A DNA stretch of 64,000 nucleotides from Camelus ferus (taxonomy: Eukaryota), in contig NC_045697.1 in the NCBI RefSeq assembly GCF_009834535.1, positions 49,664,001 through 49,728,000 of the forward strand. The letters run 5' to 3'. The position numbers and the translations under genes were made by a program. Shown piece by piece: positions 50,576-63,504 of the stretch. The notes beneath the pieces were generated by a model. That model made no database searches. It saw only the letters and a program-made list of their open reading frames with translations, and was not told the origin of the DNA. Each line of letters starts with the position of its first letter. The stretch's first letter is position 1.

Positions 50576-51749
50576 TTGATCCTTTGGATAGTCACATTTC
50601 ATTGCTAGCTAAAACTATTCCTTACCTTTTTAACAAAATATGTCCAGAAAATGGGATGGCCAAGCAAAGGTGAAATGGACATCTCAATAAGGCGTTCCCT
50701 ACTCTTAAGACCCACCCACAAGTGTCCTAATAAGAGTGGCAGCCAAAATATTTTTTTAAATCCTTTGGATTTCAGAGGTAAGTTCCTTCAGCTGTACAGC
50801 CTGGCAACACTTCGTAGCATTACAGTCTCCTTCTTTCACAAGCACCAGTACCCTTCATTTTTTGTGAAATTGCATGTTGAGTACACCTGGCTGGCAAGTC
50901 TGCAGCTGATGCCTGTCTCCACAAGGGGCTCATCCCAGGATTTGTGGTTAGCATCTTGCACAGCCCGTATGCTTCACTACCTTTGTTTAATAAAACCCTT
51001 CTGTTTTTCAGAAAGGATGAGGCCCACATTCGCTGAGTCAGAGGTGATGTTATTTTTCAACTGTGCAAGCTCTACCACCAGGATTTGGGAAATTTATTAT
51101 CTAACACAAATCTGTCGGGGACTCCTCTGCTGTCAACTGACCACAAACCATGGAGCTAAGGTTAATTCCAAGACTGTTTAGTAAATGACTTGATAACTCT
51201 GAGACAGTGCTACCCAAAGTAGCAAGTCAAGAATAAGTCGCTCATTATAGAATGTAAATCAACACATTGTTTCATTCATGGAGAAAACCTTGCTATGAAA
51301 AAATGATGAATAAATTGAATAGTGTGCTCGGTGCTGTAGTTGATTTCCATCCTGGGGCAAGCTCCTTAACTTGTACACTGGTCTCTGAACCGCATCGTGA
51401 GCAGCACTGTCCGTGGTGCTTGATGAAGTGGAATGAAAAAAACGAATGAGTGAGTGAGACATATCTAAGATAGATTAAATGACCTTTTAGGGTTGACATG
51501 GGAAGATGTGATGAAGTAAAATTCTCTCTTTCAGTGGGACAGTGTTCCTTGCCTGCTTTTGAGATGCCACAGAGAGGGAAGGTTTATTTAAGGCACAAGT
51601 AGCGCGCCTGGCCACTGTTGCCTGTGCTGCTACACAGCCCATCAAGTGCGTTTTCCCATCTTGCCTTGTGCCCTTCCTGTTCTTGTCTTCTTCTCTCATG
51701 CTCCTGCCAGGGATTTAAAGAAAGAAAAACCATATGTGTATATTTTTAA

Positions 51750-52315
51750 AAGTTTTAATTGAAGTATAGTTGATTTACAATGTTGTGTTAGTTTCCGGTG
51801 TACAGCAAAGTGATTCAGTTGTATATACATTCTTTTTCATATTCTTTTCCATTATGGTGTATAACAGAATATTGAATGCAATTCCCCATGCTATACAGTA
51901 GGACCTTGCTGTTTATCTATTCTGTATATAGTAGTTTGTATCTGCTAATCCCAAACTCTCAATTTATCCCTCGCCACTTTCCCCTTTGGTAACCATGTTT
52001 GTTTTCTATGTCTGTGAGTCTCCTTCTGTTTTGCAAATAAGTTCACTTGTATATTTTTTTAGGTTCTACATATAAGTGATATCATATGATATTTGTCTTT
52101 CTATTTCTGACTTCACTTAGTATGACAATTTCTAGGTTCATCCATGTTGTTGCAAACGGCATTATTTCATTGTTTTTTATGGCTGAGTAGTATTTCATTG
52201 TATGTATGTATCATATCTTCTTTATCCATTTGTGGACATTTAGGTTGCTTTCATGTCTCGGCTATTGTAAACAGTGCTGCTATGAGCATTGGGGTGCATG
52301 CATCTTTTCTAATTA
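51750..52315 (-). mobile_element. 5'-truncated L1 3' end
   Basis: Reverse complement resembles the L1 at 49677-50366. Confidence 0.88.
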
Positions 52316-54292
52316 GAGAGAAAAAACAATACATGGAAAGCTCATTGTATGGTCTATGTTTTACACACAATTAAATACAATTCTTACCACAATAGGGTGA
52401 GGAAAGTATCATTGTCTACTTTGTAAATACTCAGAGAGGTTCAGTAACTTGGCCCAGGTCCGATATGTAATAAACTGGCAGGCTTGGGACTTGAACCTAG
52501 GTCTGTTTAGTTCTCTTTGGTTGGTCTGGTCTCCTACTTTGACATCTGAGGAGGGTGCTGACAGAATCCAGGTCCTGGGACAGAGCCTTAAAAGTGCCCA
52601 CATTGACACACTTAAGTTCCATTTTGGAACTCTGAGGCCCCATTAATTTCATAGTCACCTACTTTAATTGCCACAGTCCTGCCACCTTGTCCACTTCTAT
52701 GTGTTTGTGTTATGTACATGTGTGTCCCTGTAGGCTGTGAATGCCCTCATCATCTTTGTACCCCTCACAATAGCTTATGAGGCTTTGAAAGCACACATCA
52801 TGGGTGATTACATTAAATATGCTCATCTATAAACTTCACTTGCCTAAGATAAATATTAAACGAATGAGACAGAGACACAAACTTGATGATGTGGTGTGAA
52901 TTCTACTGAGCATGTGTGTCTACTAATAAAGCCATGCACAGTGAGGAAAAAGGCATCAGGCAGCCCATCCTCCTGAAGTGTACTCCTTGGTATCCCTGGA
53001 TTATGGCTTTTGGAACTTCTTGCTAGTCTCTAATCTCTTTGAGGGCAGGAACTGGTCTTTTCTTTGTTGGTTCTCTAGTGCCTAGCACATTTCCTGGCAT
53101 AACAGTTCCTGGAACTTGAAAAATATATGTGAAATGGTTGGATGTGCTAAATTCTCAGGATTTCCTCTTAAACTGCTGTTACTAGTGCTCACTCTCCACC
53201 CCCAGGTGGTTCTTAGATTAAAAATTGTATCTGTCTTCTGCTCCTGGGTTTCCTGGTCCTGATCTAACATTTTCTTCTTCTGACTCCTCCTTTGCATCAG
53301 GCAGTATTCCATGATCAGAAGTAGAGCTGGGAGGAAGGAGAGGGATGTGGGAGCACGGGCACCATTGTTTCTCCTGAGCACATCTCTAAAGGCCTTTCAT
53401 TTTAACCTGTTGTATCTTTGTATTTAAAGTCACTGCTTGAACATGGCTTATAGTTGAGTCTTCCTTTCCTAACCAGTCTCATAATTCTGTCTTTTAATTG
53501 GGGTGTTTGGGTAATTTTTGTTTAATGTGATTATTGACATACGCATTTTAGAGAAACCTTCCTGGAGGCAGACTGGAGATAGGGAAACCAAAGAGTCTGT
53601 TGCAGTAATCAAGGTAAGAAAAAGGGCTTAAACCAAGGCAATGGTCCTGGAGATGGAGTAGGGAGGGGGCTGTATCTGAGAAATGTTAAGGGTATACAAT
53701 CAATAGAAATGGAGTTTGGGCATAGAGTTGTGAGTCATTGGTGTAGGTACTGGGTGGGTTCCACTGTTTGGAAGATATGTATACTACATGATAAATTTAT
53801 ATAATTTTTAATTGAGGTATAATTGATATACAGCATTATATTAATTTCAGATGTACAACTATATATATTTATGAATATAAATTTATATATTATCTCTTTC
53901 AAACACTGGAATCCAGCTAGGTACTTACACTGATGACCCACAAATCTCTGTCCAAATTCTATTTCTATTGATTGTACTGTTGTACTTGAGCATTTATTTA
54001 TTTACTTATTTATTACCTTATGTATCAGCCCATCTCCAGTTTCCTATCTTTACCTAGACTATGTTGAATCTAATGTAAATGGTACCAAATATTACAAACC
54101 ATAAGAAGTCCCCAACATGCAACAGAACTATCTTTGAAGAATTCATATTTTCATAACTAGAGGAACCTGATAGAACAGTTTTACTGTGGTGTTGGTTGAT
54201 GTGTCACTAATTTGACCATTAATGAGAGCATTCTAGAATAACTGTGGGTTAAAGCAAAATGAAGAAGAGTGAGTGCCAGAGAGAGTTCAAGG

Positions 54293-55135
54293 AAGCAGTG
54301 GACACTCTTGATGTAACACCCAGAACCCCCTTCAGGAACAAAGCAAGGACTTATTCCTCCAGCTGCTGGGAGTGACAGACCTAAGCTCACAGCCCTCTTC
54401 AGATATTGCCTCAGTTGAAGTGAACTGCCTTGCCTAATGGCATTCCCTTTTTCTGGGGCTGCCCACATCCAATGACTGATTAAAGGCTCAGATTCTTTGC
54501 CCCAACTCAGGGCAATTTTAGAAGACCGTCTGTGTTGGGAGTCCCCAAGAGCACCCCCAGATTTAATAAGTCACTAGGAGGACTCATAGAATTCAGCATA
54601 TAGTTGTACCCATTGCTACATGGCTAGGATTGTAGCAAAACAATACAAAGATAAAGCAAAATCAGTAAAGGGAAATAGGACATGGTGCAAAGTCTGGAGG
54701 TAAACAGGTGTAAGCCTCCAGGAGCCCCCTTCAGCCAGCATGGAATTGTGACAACATATATGAAATGTTGTCTACCAGGAAATCTCATTAAAGATTCAGG
54801 GCCCAAGGTTTTACTGGGGGCTTGTTATATAGGCACTCTTTGCCCAAGATATTCCCAAATTCCAGACTCCCAGAAGGAGAGCAGATGTTCAGCATAAACC
54901 ACACTGTTTCTACAAGTTGTTAAGGCACAGAGAGCCCCTCTTACTAGTTAGGGAATGGTGGAAATCCTCCTGAAATCCAAATTCCCAGATGCCAGCCAAG
55001 AGCCAACCTTGTAAGCAGGACTTTCTAAAGATAGAGACTGCTATCTTTAGAAAGTCTTGCTTACAGGCCTGCTATGTTAATTCCTCCCTTCACACACCCC
55101 TGGCTTCAGATTTTTCTGTGGGGTTGGCTAAGGTG
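54293..55135 (+). mobile_element. LTR16-like ERVL LTR, interrupted by a MER21-like LTR
   Basis: ggggctgcccacatccaatgactgat...gccccaactcagggcaat, resuming after 55096 with tgtggggttggctaagg. Confidence 0.65.
54531..55096 (-). mobile_element. MER21-family solo LTR
   Basis: Minus strand ttaacatagcaggcctg...ttggctggcatctgggaatttggatt...ttatgctgaacatctgct...ctggtagacaacatttca; TG...CA ends. Confidence 0.8.
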
Positions 55136-56000
55136 CTACCTTTACAGAACTTACAGGATGTAGGAGCAGTGGCCCCCATTGTATCTCCATTTAATTCTCC
55201 AGTCTGGTTCCTGCAAAATTTAGACAGATGCTGCAGGATGACAGTGGACTAAGGCAAATTCAACCCAGTAGTAGCCCTGACTACAGCTGTGTGCCAGATG
55301 TGGTATCTTGCCAGAGCCAATTAATGAGGCTATAGGCACATGGTATGTGACCACCGATCAGGTGGGTGCGTGCTTTTCCACCCGCCTAAAAAGAACAGGT
55401 CAGAAACAGTTCACATTCACACGGAATGAGCAAAAAGTGATGCGAACAGCCTAGGTTATGTTGTAACTCTCTTGCTTCTGTTGTAACTAAAATAGACCTA
55501 GACCAGATAAATATTCTACAGAAAACTCACTGTTCACTACATTGACGGATTATGTTAATTGAATGGGATGAGCAAGATGTGGCTAGTAAGTAAATTTGAG
55601 GCCTTGATGAAGTACATGCGCTCCTGAGGCTGAGACAAAAACCATGAAATTCAGGGGTCTGCTACATCAGTAAAATTTTGGGGGAGGAGTATCCAGTGAT
55701 GAGGGCATGCTAGGACATCCCCTCTGAAGTAACAGACAAATTAGTACAACTTGTATCTCCCACTATGAATAAGGAGGCACAATGCCTATTAAGCCTCTCT
55801 GGGTTCTGAAGGCGGCATATTTCACACCTGAGGGTACTGCTCTCACCTATATACTGGTGACATGAAGGCTGCTAGCTCTGGGTGAGGCCAAAAGCAGGAA
55901 AGAGGTCCATGGCAGGTCCACACTGTAGTGGAATCAGGCCTACCACTTGGGTCATCTAACCTAGCAGACTCTATGATATCAGTTATTGGTGGAGGAAAAA
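55135..56000 (+). mobile_element. ERVL (class III endogenous retrovirus) pol reverse-transcriptase fossil
   Basis: Fragmented frames read SPFNSPVW, RMTVD*, GTWY, QKQFTFT, HYIDG, VKF, KEAQCL; many stops and frameshifts. Confidence 0.85.
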
Positions 56001-56059
56001 ATGTGGAATGAATTAAAGCAAAACCACTGTATACATACTCTTGATTTTTCTCTGCTCAT

Positions 56060-56185
56060 TTTATTGAATAACTGAATGTATAAAAACCACATAGAGCACA
56101 TTACTGGAAAAAATACTTTATTTTTCAAATATATAATGGATTCTTCACTACTCAATTATTTCTATAATAATTTTATCTTTTTATT
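56060..56185 (-). terminator. Cluster of candidate THAP6 polyadenylation signals
   Basis: Minus-strand AATAAA at 56180-56185, 56117-56122 and 56060-56065, ending a ~2.4 kb AT-rich 3'UTR. Confidence 0.5.
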
Positions 56186-58571
56186 AAAACTAAATATATA
56201 TTAATACATTTCATCTTTTCTCAAATTAAAGACTATGGTATAATTGTGATTATCTTTAGCAAAGTCTATTTCCAGAGATTCAAAGTTCACATGGAGAAAA
56301 ACACCATGACAAGTCCTTCGTACCTGATTTGATGCTGAGGTTGAACTGGTGGCCTGGTTTGTTCTAGGACCCAGAGGCTATTCCAAGCCTGAAAGCAAAC
56401 TGCAACCCTTAGGTTGGCCTTGGCTGCTTGAGGAACCTCTGGATGGGGGATGACTGGTTTTGCTGTGCACAGAACAGTTCTTCCTCAGGCTAAGCTGGAA
56501 TCTCTGGGAACAGTGGACTGAGGTATATACTGTGTTCAGGTATTTGTTTGGGTGGCAGCTGGGGAAGACCCTATTTCTTATGTCAGGTTTCTACTGGTAA
56601 TCATTTCTTCATAAAAATAAAGGGCAAATGGGTAGGTCCGGCTCCTTGATGATACCAATACTTTGCCCACAGCTCTCTCTCTCAATGGTACTAAGACTAA
56701 TGAGAAAGGAGACAAGAACTGAGTTCACTGTGAACACAAGTAGTAAAAGTGACTGTCACACCTGTGTTGATAGAGGCAGAAACTGGGGATTTACTCTTGG
56801 AAAGGTCTTCTGGGCTTGATTTAGTCTAAGAAGCCAGTAAAGGGCTAGGATCTGGACATACTGTGTTTGGATCGATCTTCTTACTTTTCTTCCCTGTCCA
56901 CTGACTTTTAATTTTTTTGCTCAAAAATAGAGTGAGGGTCATTCTCCATCTCTAGCAAAGAATCTCCATAAAACTAAGATCATACACAAACTCCCCATTA
57001 GAGTGTCCATTATGAATTCAAAATTAAATAACTAAAATAAATAATGGGTAGCAAATGAGCTTTTTTATAAGGTAGCAAAAAGATAGAACGTCAGTGATTT
57101 CTTTTTAGCATAGTGCTAATCTCTCAAATGTGGGTAAAATCCCAGAGGGAAGGTTTGGAATCTTACATAAAAATATGACATGAGCTAAAATAGAAACTTC
57201 TTAAATATAAAAAATTCAAGTGACCATATCTTTACCGATATTAATATAACACAAATAAAATTACAATGAATATTTTAGCACAAAATGCAGTTCATTTCTA
57301 GTTAACACATTGAAATAACTGATACTCAAATTCTAACTATTATAGTATAGATGTGTGAATGAAGGCCATATATGTACATGTGCTTCAAAGTTGAATTTGG
57401 CTTTGGGCTAGTAATTTTTAATTCTAATCCACAGTGTTCATGACAGTTAATTTAGTAATTTCAGTTGTTTTTGCTACGAAGTTAGGAAAAAACCTATGAC
57501 CTAAAACCTTCTGACACCTGGATCAATCAGAAAATAACTAAGAGATACTCTTTTGGAAATTCAGTAAGAAGCTATTCTAAAATTGCTGTTTTACTTATCT
57601 ATTTCTCTAAATAAAAGCTCTTGGATAGTAATCTACCCTCCTAATTAAAGGGAAGTATTACAATCCTTTCTCCAATTCCTACTTTAACTAGAAGAACCAC
57701 ATTATTATTTTTAATGGGTTCTTCTATATTTTGTATTTTTAAAAATGTTAGTAATACTGCTTTCTATAAAATATGAAACAACATTAAAAGTATTAGCTAC
57801 TACTGGCATTTACACCTCTATGATGAAATAATAGTCATGAAACAAAATGTTCAGAAAAACTGTCAGAGTAACTAACCATTTAAAAATCATATTTATGACC
57901 CTCCTTAAAAATCTGTTAAAGCTATGCTGGTTCACATCAAAGTGCTCCTAGTGAGCAGAAATGATGTACTGTACCGAAAAACAGAGACCTCACCATGGAT
58001 CTTCTTAACTTGGCTCTGAACAACTTTAAAAGCCAAAAGATCTGCACCATATGCTGTTCTCAAGGTCAGTACTATGGGATGCCGTGTAAAAAGATCTTTT
58101 GGTATTATTGATGACAAAAGCACCTTGGATTGGCTCCAAGATGGGCATGTGTTATAAATGAATTCTGCTTTATAGTAAAATATATTTAAAGTACAATTCA
58201 ACTTAGCCAAAAATCTGATGTTGCTTAAGTATCCAGTTCTTACTACTACAGCTTAATTTGGCTGATTTGATACCATTTCCTTAGTCCTACAGAATTTTCT
58301 TGATCTTTTAACATCTTACAATGGCGATCTGGCACTAGTGTAGGTCTATAAAAACATAATTGTCACAAGTCACACAAAAACATGATAACTAGCACAAAAT
58401 TCTGCACATCTTCAAAAAAGAAGTCTTTGGATAATAACTCTAATGCATAATGCTGCAGAGGATCCAAAGAATCACTCCAAATGATGGATATTATTTAATG
58501 ATGGTAAATGAGAATTATTTTCTAAAAAGCTGTACCAATGTCAATTTTAGGTAGAACATAACAAAATCATT

Positions 58572-58826
58572 TCATGAAATACAGTCTTGTTCTATGTTTT
58601 CCTGACAACACTCCCAACAGAAAGCTTCCAGTCTATTTGCTGTTTCTTGGCTGATGAGACACTCATCCTTTAATTCCCTGATTGTCTTCCTCAATGATTT
58701 TTGGAAGCGTTTTTCTCGGTCTAAAACATTCCGCAGACTTTTCTTGGTATCCTCTAGCTCGCTGATCACATGATCTAATTTATGCTTAAGTTTCTTTGGA
58801 CTGTCCATTACACTGTAACTATGTTC
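58572..58826 (-). CDS. THAP6: THAP6 last coding exon (EHSYSVMDSPKKLKHKLDHVISELEDTKKSLRN...EQDCIS*), HCF-1-binding motif plus coiled coil
   Basis: ttttcag| acceptor in phase 0; EHSY = (D/E)HxY motif of THAP proteins followed by heptad repeats; TGA at 58574-58572; upstream exons lie beyond the window. Confidence 0.93.
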   Translation of the reverse strand, partial: EHSYSVMDSPKKLKHKLDHVISELEDTKKSLRNVLDREKRFQKSLRKTIRELKDECLISQETANRLEAFCWECCQENIEQDCIS

Positions 58827-59469
58827 CTGAAAACATAAACATCAAGTTATTAAACCAAACAGACAAGTAGATAAAAGATTATAAGTAGGCCTCCACAGTT
58901 TCTCCACTTACTATGCTTAGAGAAGATCTTTAAAAGTTGGTGACATTAGGGTTTAAAGAACAAAGGAAGAGGAATGGGTAGAAGCAGTATTCCAGGTGCC
59001 TCAGGCCAGGCCCACATGAGAAGGGCAGAATCCTGTGGATGGGAATCCTGTCTCATCTGCAGGTAGGTATCTGCTTATGAACACCATGGCCCTTGCAATG
59101 ACTACACAGCTTTCAGTCCCTAAGTGTAAGGCTGCTGAGCTTAAGTATTACCTGTCAAACAAACTTATTTTAAAACTTCTAACTGAATTGCTTTATTTTG
59201 ATAAATATTTCACTTTCTTTAGGAATGAAAGGAAAGGGACACTGAAGCAGGTCCTCAGGCTGGGTGTTAGGGGATTTAGATGGGCCTCTAGTCTTGGGAG
59301 TTTTAAAGAGATAACAAGCTTTCAATACTTTTTATGGTTATGTTTACCCATATATATATATATATATATTCATTCGAAAATAAGGAAGACAACACTGACA
59401 TATCTTATAAATGTACCATAGAATAATTTTGAAAACCTGTTACTAAACATTAAAATTAGTTAAGAGAAC

Positions 59470-62400
59470 TTTGCTTCCAGCCAAGATGAAATAACAGAGA
59501 CTGGATTGACTCTTACCTAAAAAAAAACCAACACATGGTCAAAAGACATAAAAATAAGTTTTGAAGATAATGGACATCAGACTAGGAAAGCAGAGATCAC
59601 AGAGAGATGAGAAACAAAGAGATGAGCCCTATGATTGCCCAGCTTACTGCCCTGATAGAGTTCCAGGCCTCAGTGCAAGGAGAGGAAACCCAGGCAGAAC
59701 TTTGTAAACTGAGTCAAGGAGAAAGTGCAAAGCACCCAGGGAGACCAAGGTGGCTACAGTTCATGGGACAAAGTACTAGAAAGTAAAGAGCTGCACAGAG
59801 AGAGAACCCTGGAGCTCTTCAGAGGCTCCCCTTCAAGTATTCCTCTGAGTCAGATCAGAGCATGTGTGTAGGAAACTGCTCAAGGCTGAGGGAGAGTGAC
59901 CAGAAAAGATCAGGAGTGCCCTGAGCTCACAGGGAACAGACACCTCTCCCACCAGCCAGACCAGAATCATGGGGCACTGAGTGGAGCATACAAAAGGATC
60001 TTGCCTCAGGAGTGGAGAACAAATAGTCCAAGGCTGAGCACTGTTCTAGTCTGCCTAACAAAGCAAAACCTGAAAGGATCAAACTGCCTCCAAATAACTT
60101 AACTACCCCAGAACAAAGCTCAAGAATACAGGATACAAAAATATCCAGCAAAGTAAAATCCACAGTGTGTGGCACACAGAATTTATCAGGCATGCAAAGC
60201 AGCAGGAAAAAATGAGCCTTAATAAGAGATAAACCAATCAATAGAAACCAATCCAGAACTAGGAAATATTAGAAATAGCAAACAAGGGAATTAAGAAAGT
60301 TATTAAAACTGCATTATATATGTTAAAAAGTTAAGTAGAGACATGAAAGACATAAAAAAGAATAAAGTAGAACATCTAGAGACTAAAATTACAATGTGTG
60401 AGGTGAAAAATATTTTGTAGAGACTTAATGGCAGATTAGCCATTTCAGAAAAAAAGATTAGTGAAGGGGAAGATATAGCAACAGGAACTATCCAGACAGG
60501 ACTACAGAGAGAAAAGGGAGTATTAAAAAAAAACAGAATAATTAATAGAGCATCAGTGGGAGGTGACAACTTCAGACAGCCTAGTACACATGTAACTAGA
60601 CTCCCCAAAGGGGAAGGAAGAAAAGTTGAGGCAGAAAGAAATATTTGAACAAATCATGGCCAAAAATTTTCCAAGTTTTATGAAAACTATAAACCCACAG
60701 ATAAACAAGCTCAGCAAATCCTAAGCACAAGAAACATGAAGAAAACTAAAGTGGGACACACCAAAATCAAATTCTTCAAAACAACTAGAAAAGAAAAATT
60801 ATTAAAAGCAAAAAGAAAAAAAAAAGAACTGTTAGGTACAGAGGATAAAGATAAGCATGATAGTAGATTTTGATTAGAAACAATATGTGTGAGAATGTAG
60901 TGGAGCAGCATCTTAAAAAATCTAAAAACAATCAAACCCCAACACTGTCAATCTAGAATCTGATACCTAGTGAAAATATTTTTTAAAAAGGAAGACAAAA
61001 TAATGACTTTTCAGACATTTAAAGGCTAAAAGAATTTATCACCAGTACAGCTGCACTGTAAGGAATTAAAGTAGACCTATTTGTCTTTTTATCTTTAAAG
61101 TGTGTTTTTTATAGGAAGCATGTACTTTTGGGTCTTGATTTCTTTTTAATATAATCTGATAATTTCTGCATTTTAATTGGGTTATTTAGACCCTTTACAC
61201 TTAATGTGATTATTATCACATTTCTTTATATTACTTTATGTCACATTACTTAATGTGATATGGTTTGGTTTAAACTTGCCACCTTACTTGTTTCCTATTT
61301 GTGCCATTTGTTCTTTGTTCTCATTTTATTCTTTTTCTGCTTCCTTTTGGATTAACTGAATTTTTTTTTTTATGATTCCATTTATCTCCTTTTTCTCACT
61401 CATTAGCCACAGCTTTGTGTATATAATAGTTAAATAGTTAACAGTTTAATAGTTAATAGCTATTTAATAGTTGCTTTTGGGTCTATAGCATCCGTCTTTA
61501 ACTTACCACAAGCTATGTGGTAAGTGATATTATTCCACTTAACACAGAGTATAAGAATCTTCCCATAGTACACTTTCATTTCTCCTCTTCAACGTTTTTG
61601 CTATGCTGTTATATATTTATTTCACTTTTACATATGCTATGAACCCCATACCACATTGGTATTATTTTTGCACTTTAAAGATAAAAAGACAAATAGGTTG
61701 AAAATAAGAGTGGAAAAAGATATATACTACAATAACTAATAAACAGAGAGCTAGAGTGGGTATATTACTATCAGACAAAGTAGATTTCAGAGAAAAGAAT
61801 ATTACCAAGGATAGAAAGGGCCATTTCTTTATAATAAAGGGGTTAATTTTATCAAGACATTAGAATACTAAATATTTAGCATCTAATAACAGTGCTGCAA
61901 AATGTAACAAGCAAAAACTGACAACTGCAAGGAGAATGAAACAAATCCAGAAGTATACTAGAGGAATAAACACCTCTCTCTCTCAACAACAGAACAAGTA
62001 GACAGAAACTCATTAAGAATGAAGACTTGAACATCATCAAACCATTTGACCTAACTGAACATTCCAGCTAACATCAGAGGAATATACATTTTTTGCAAAT
62101 GCATGCAGAACATCTGCCAAGATAAACTATATTCTAAGCTATAAGTCTTAAGAAATTTAAAAGCATTCAAGCCACACAATGTGTATTCGTGCTGATCACA
62201 ACAGAATTAAGTTGGAAATTAATAATAGAAAGATATCTGGGAAATGCCCCAATATTTGGAAACTATATAGCACACTTCTAAATAACCCAAGGGTCAAATA
62301 ACAAATCAAAATGGGATCTGGAAGTATTTTGAACCAAATGAAAATGAAAACATACCTAATTTGTGGAATTAAAGCACAGGGAGAAATTAGTATCACTAAA

Positions 62401-63500
62401 TGGCAAACGTCAGAAAGGAAGAGGCTTCAATTCAATGACGTCAGCTTCCATCTTAAGAAACCAGAAATATGAGCAAATTTTACTGAAATAAGTAGAAGGA
62501 AAGAATAAAGATGAGTAGAAATCAGTGAAGTAGAAAGCAAAAATAACAAAAAGAAAAATGAGAAAATCAATGAAACCTAGTTCTAGACAAGATCATAAAA
62601 CTGATAAATCTCTAGGCAGACTGATCACCAATAGAAGAGAAAGAAACAAATTAATGATATCAGAAATGAAAGAGATGGTATCACTACAGATTCTGTATAT
62701 ATTGAAAGGATAATAAGAAAATGTTTTGAACAATTTTAAGCTAATAAACTTGACAACTGAAATAAAATGGACAAATCCCTTCGAAGATATAAGCTACCAA
62801 AAAAACCTTCCCTTCCTTTCAAAATTGTAGAATAGATAAACAAGATTACACTGTATAGCGCAGGGAAATATACACAAAATGTTATGATAACTCACAGAGA
62901 AAAAAATTGTGACAATGAGTGTGTATATGTCCATGAATGACTGAAAAATTGTGCTGAACACTGGAATTTGACACATTGTAAAATGATTATAAATCAATAA
63001 AAAATGTTAAAAAAAAACCAACCTTCCCACAAAGAAAATTACAGTCGCAGATAACTTTACTGGGGAAGTTTACCAAATATTTATAGAAAAAATAATTGCA
63101 ACTCTATACAATATATTCCAGAAAACTGAAAAAGAACGCAGTACTTTCTAACTTGTTCTTTGAATGCCGATGTTATTAGCATTATTCTAATATTGAAACC
63201 AGGCAAAGACATTCCAAGGAAAGAAAACTCCAGACCAATGTCCACATACAAGAAAAAATTCTAAACAAAAAGTTAAATCTAATCCAACAATACATATAAG
63301 GGATAATATCATGAAGAATTTATTCCAGTATGCAAGGCTGGTTTAATATTAAAAAAATCAATTGATGCAACTAATCACATTAACAAACTAAAAAATAGAA
63401 ACCTTATGATCTCTCAACAGGTACAGAAAAAGCATTTGACAAAACTGATATTCCTTTCTGATAAAAATTCTCAGCAAACTAGGAATAGAAAGTCACCTCC
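59470..63500 (+). mobile_element. Old degenerate L1 (5'UTR, ORF1, ORF2 endonuclease to RT start) in a THAP6 intron, with an inverted segment at 61075-61670 and a nested young L1 tail
   Basis: ORF1-like A-rich sequence at 60300-61070; ORF2 endonuclease motifs from 61700; gacattccaaggaaagaaaactccagaccaatgtc near 63210. Confidence 0.85.
62813..63019 (+). mobile_element. Young L1 3' tail nested in the older L1
   Basis: Near-identical to the reverse complement of 12966-13153; flanked by aaccttccc at 62804-62812 and 63020-63028. Confidence 0.88.
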
Positions 63501-63504
63501 CCGG

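Noticed and set aside
50651..51181. Longest ORF in the track (176 aa)
   Set aside because: No recognisable domain or exon structure; consistent with a chance ORF.
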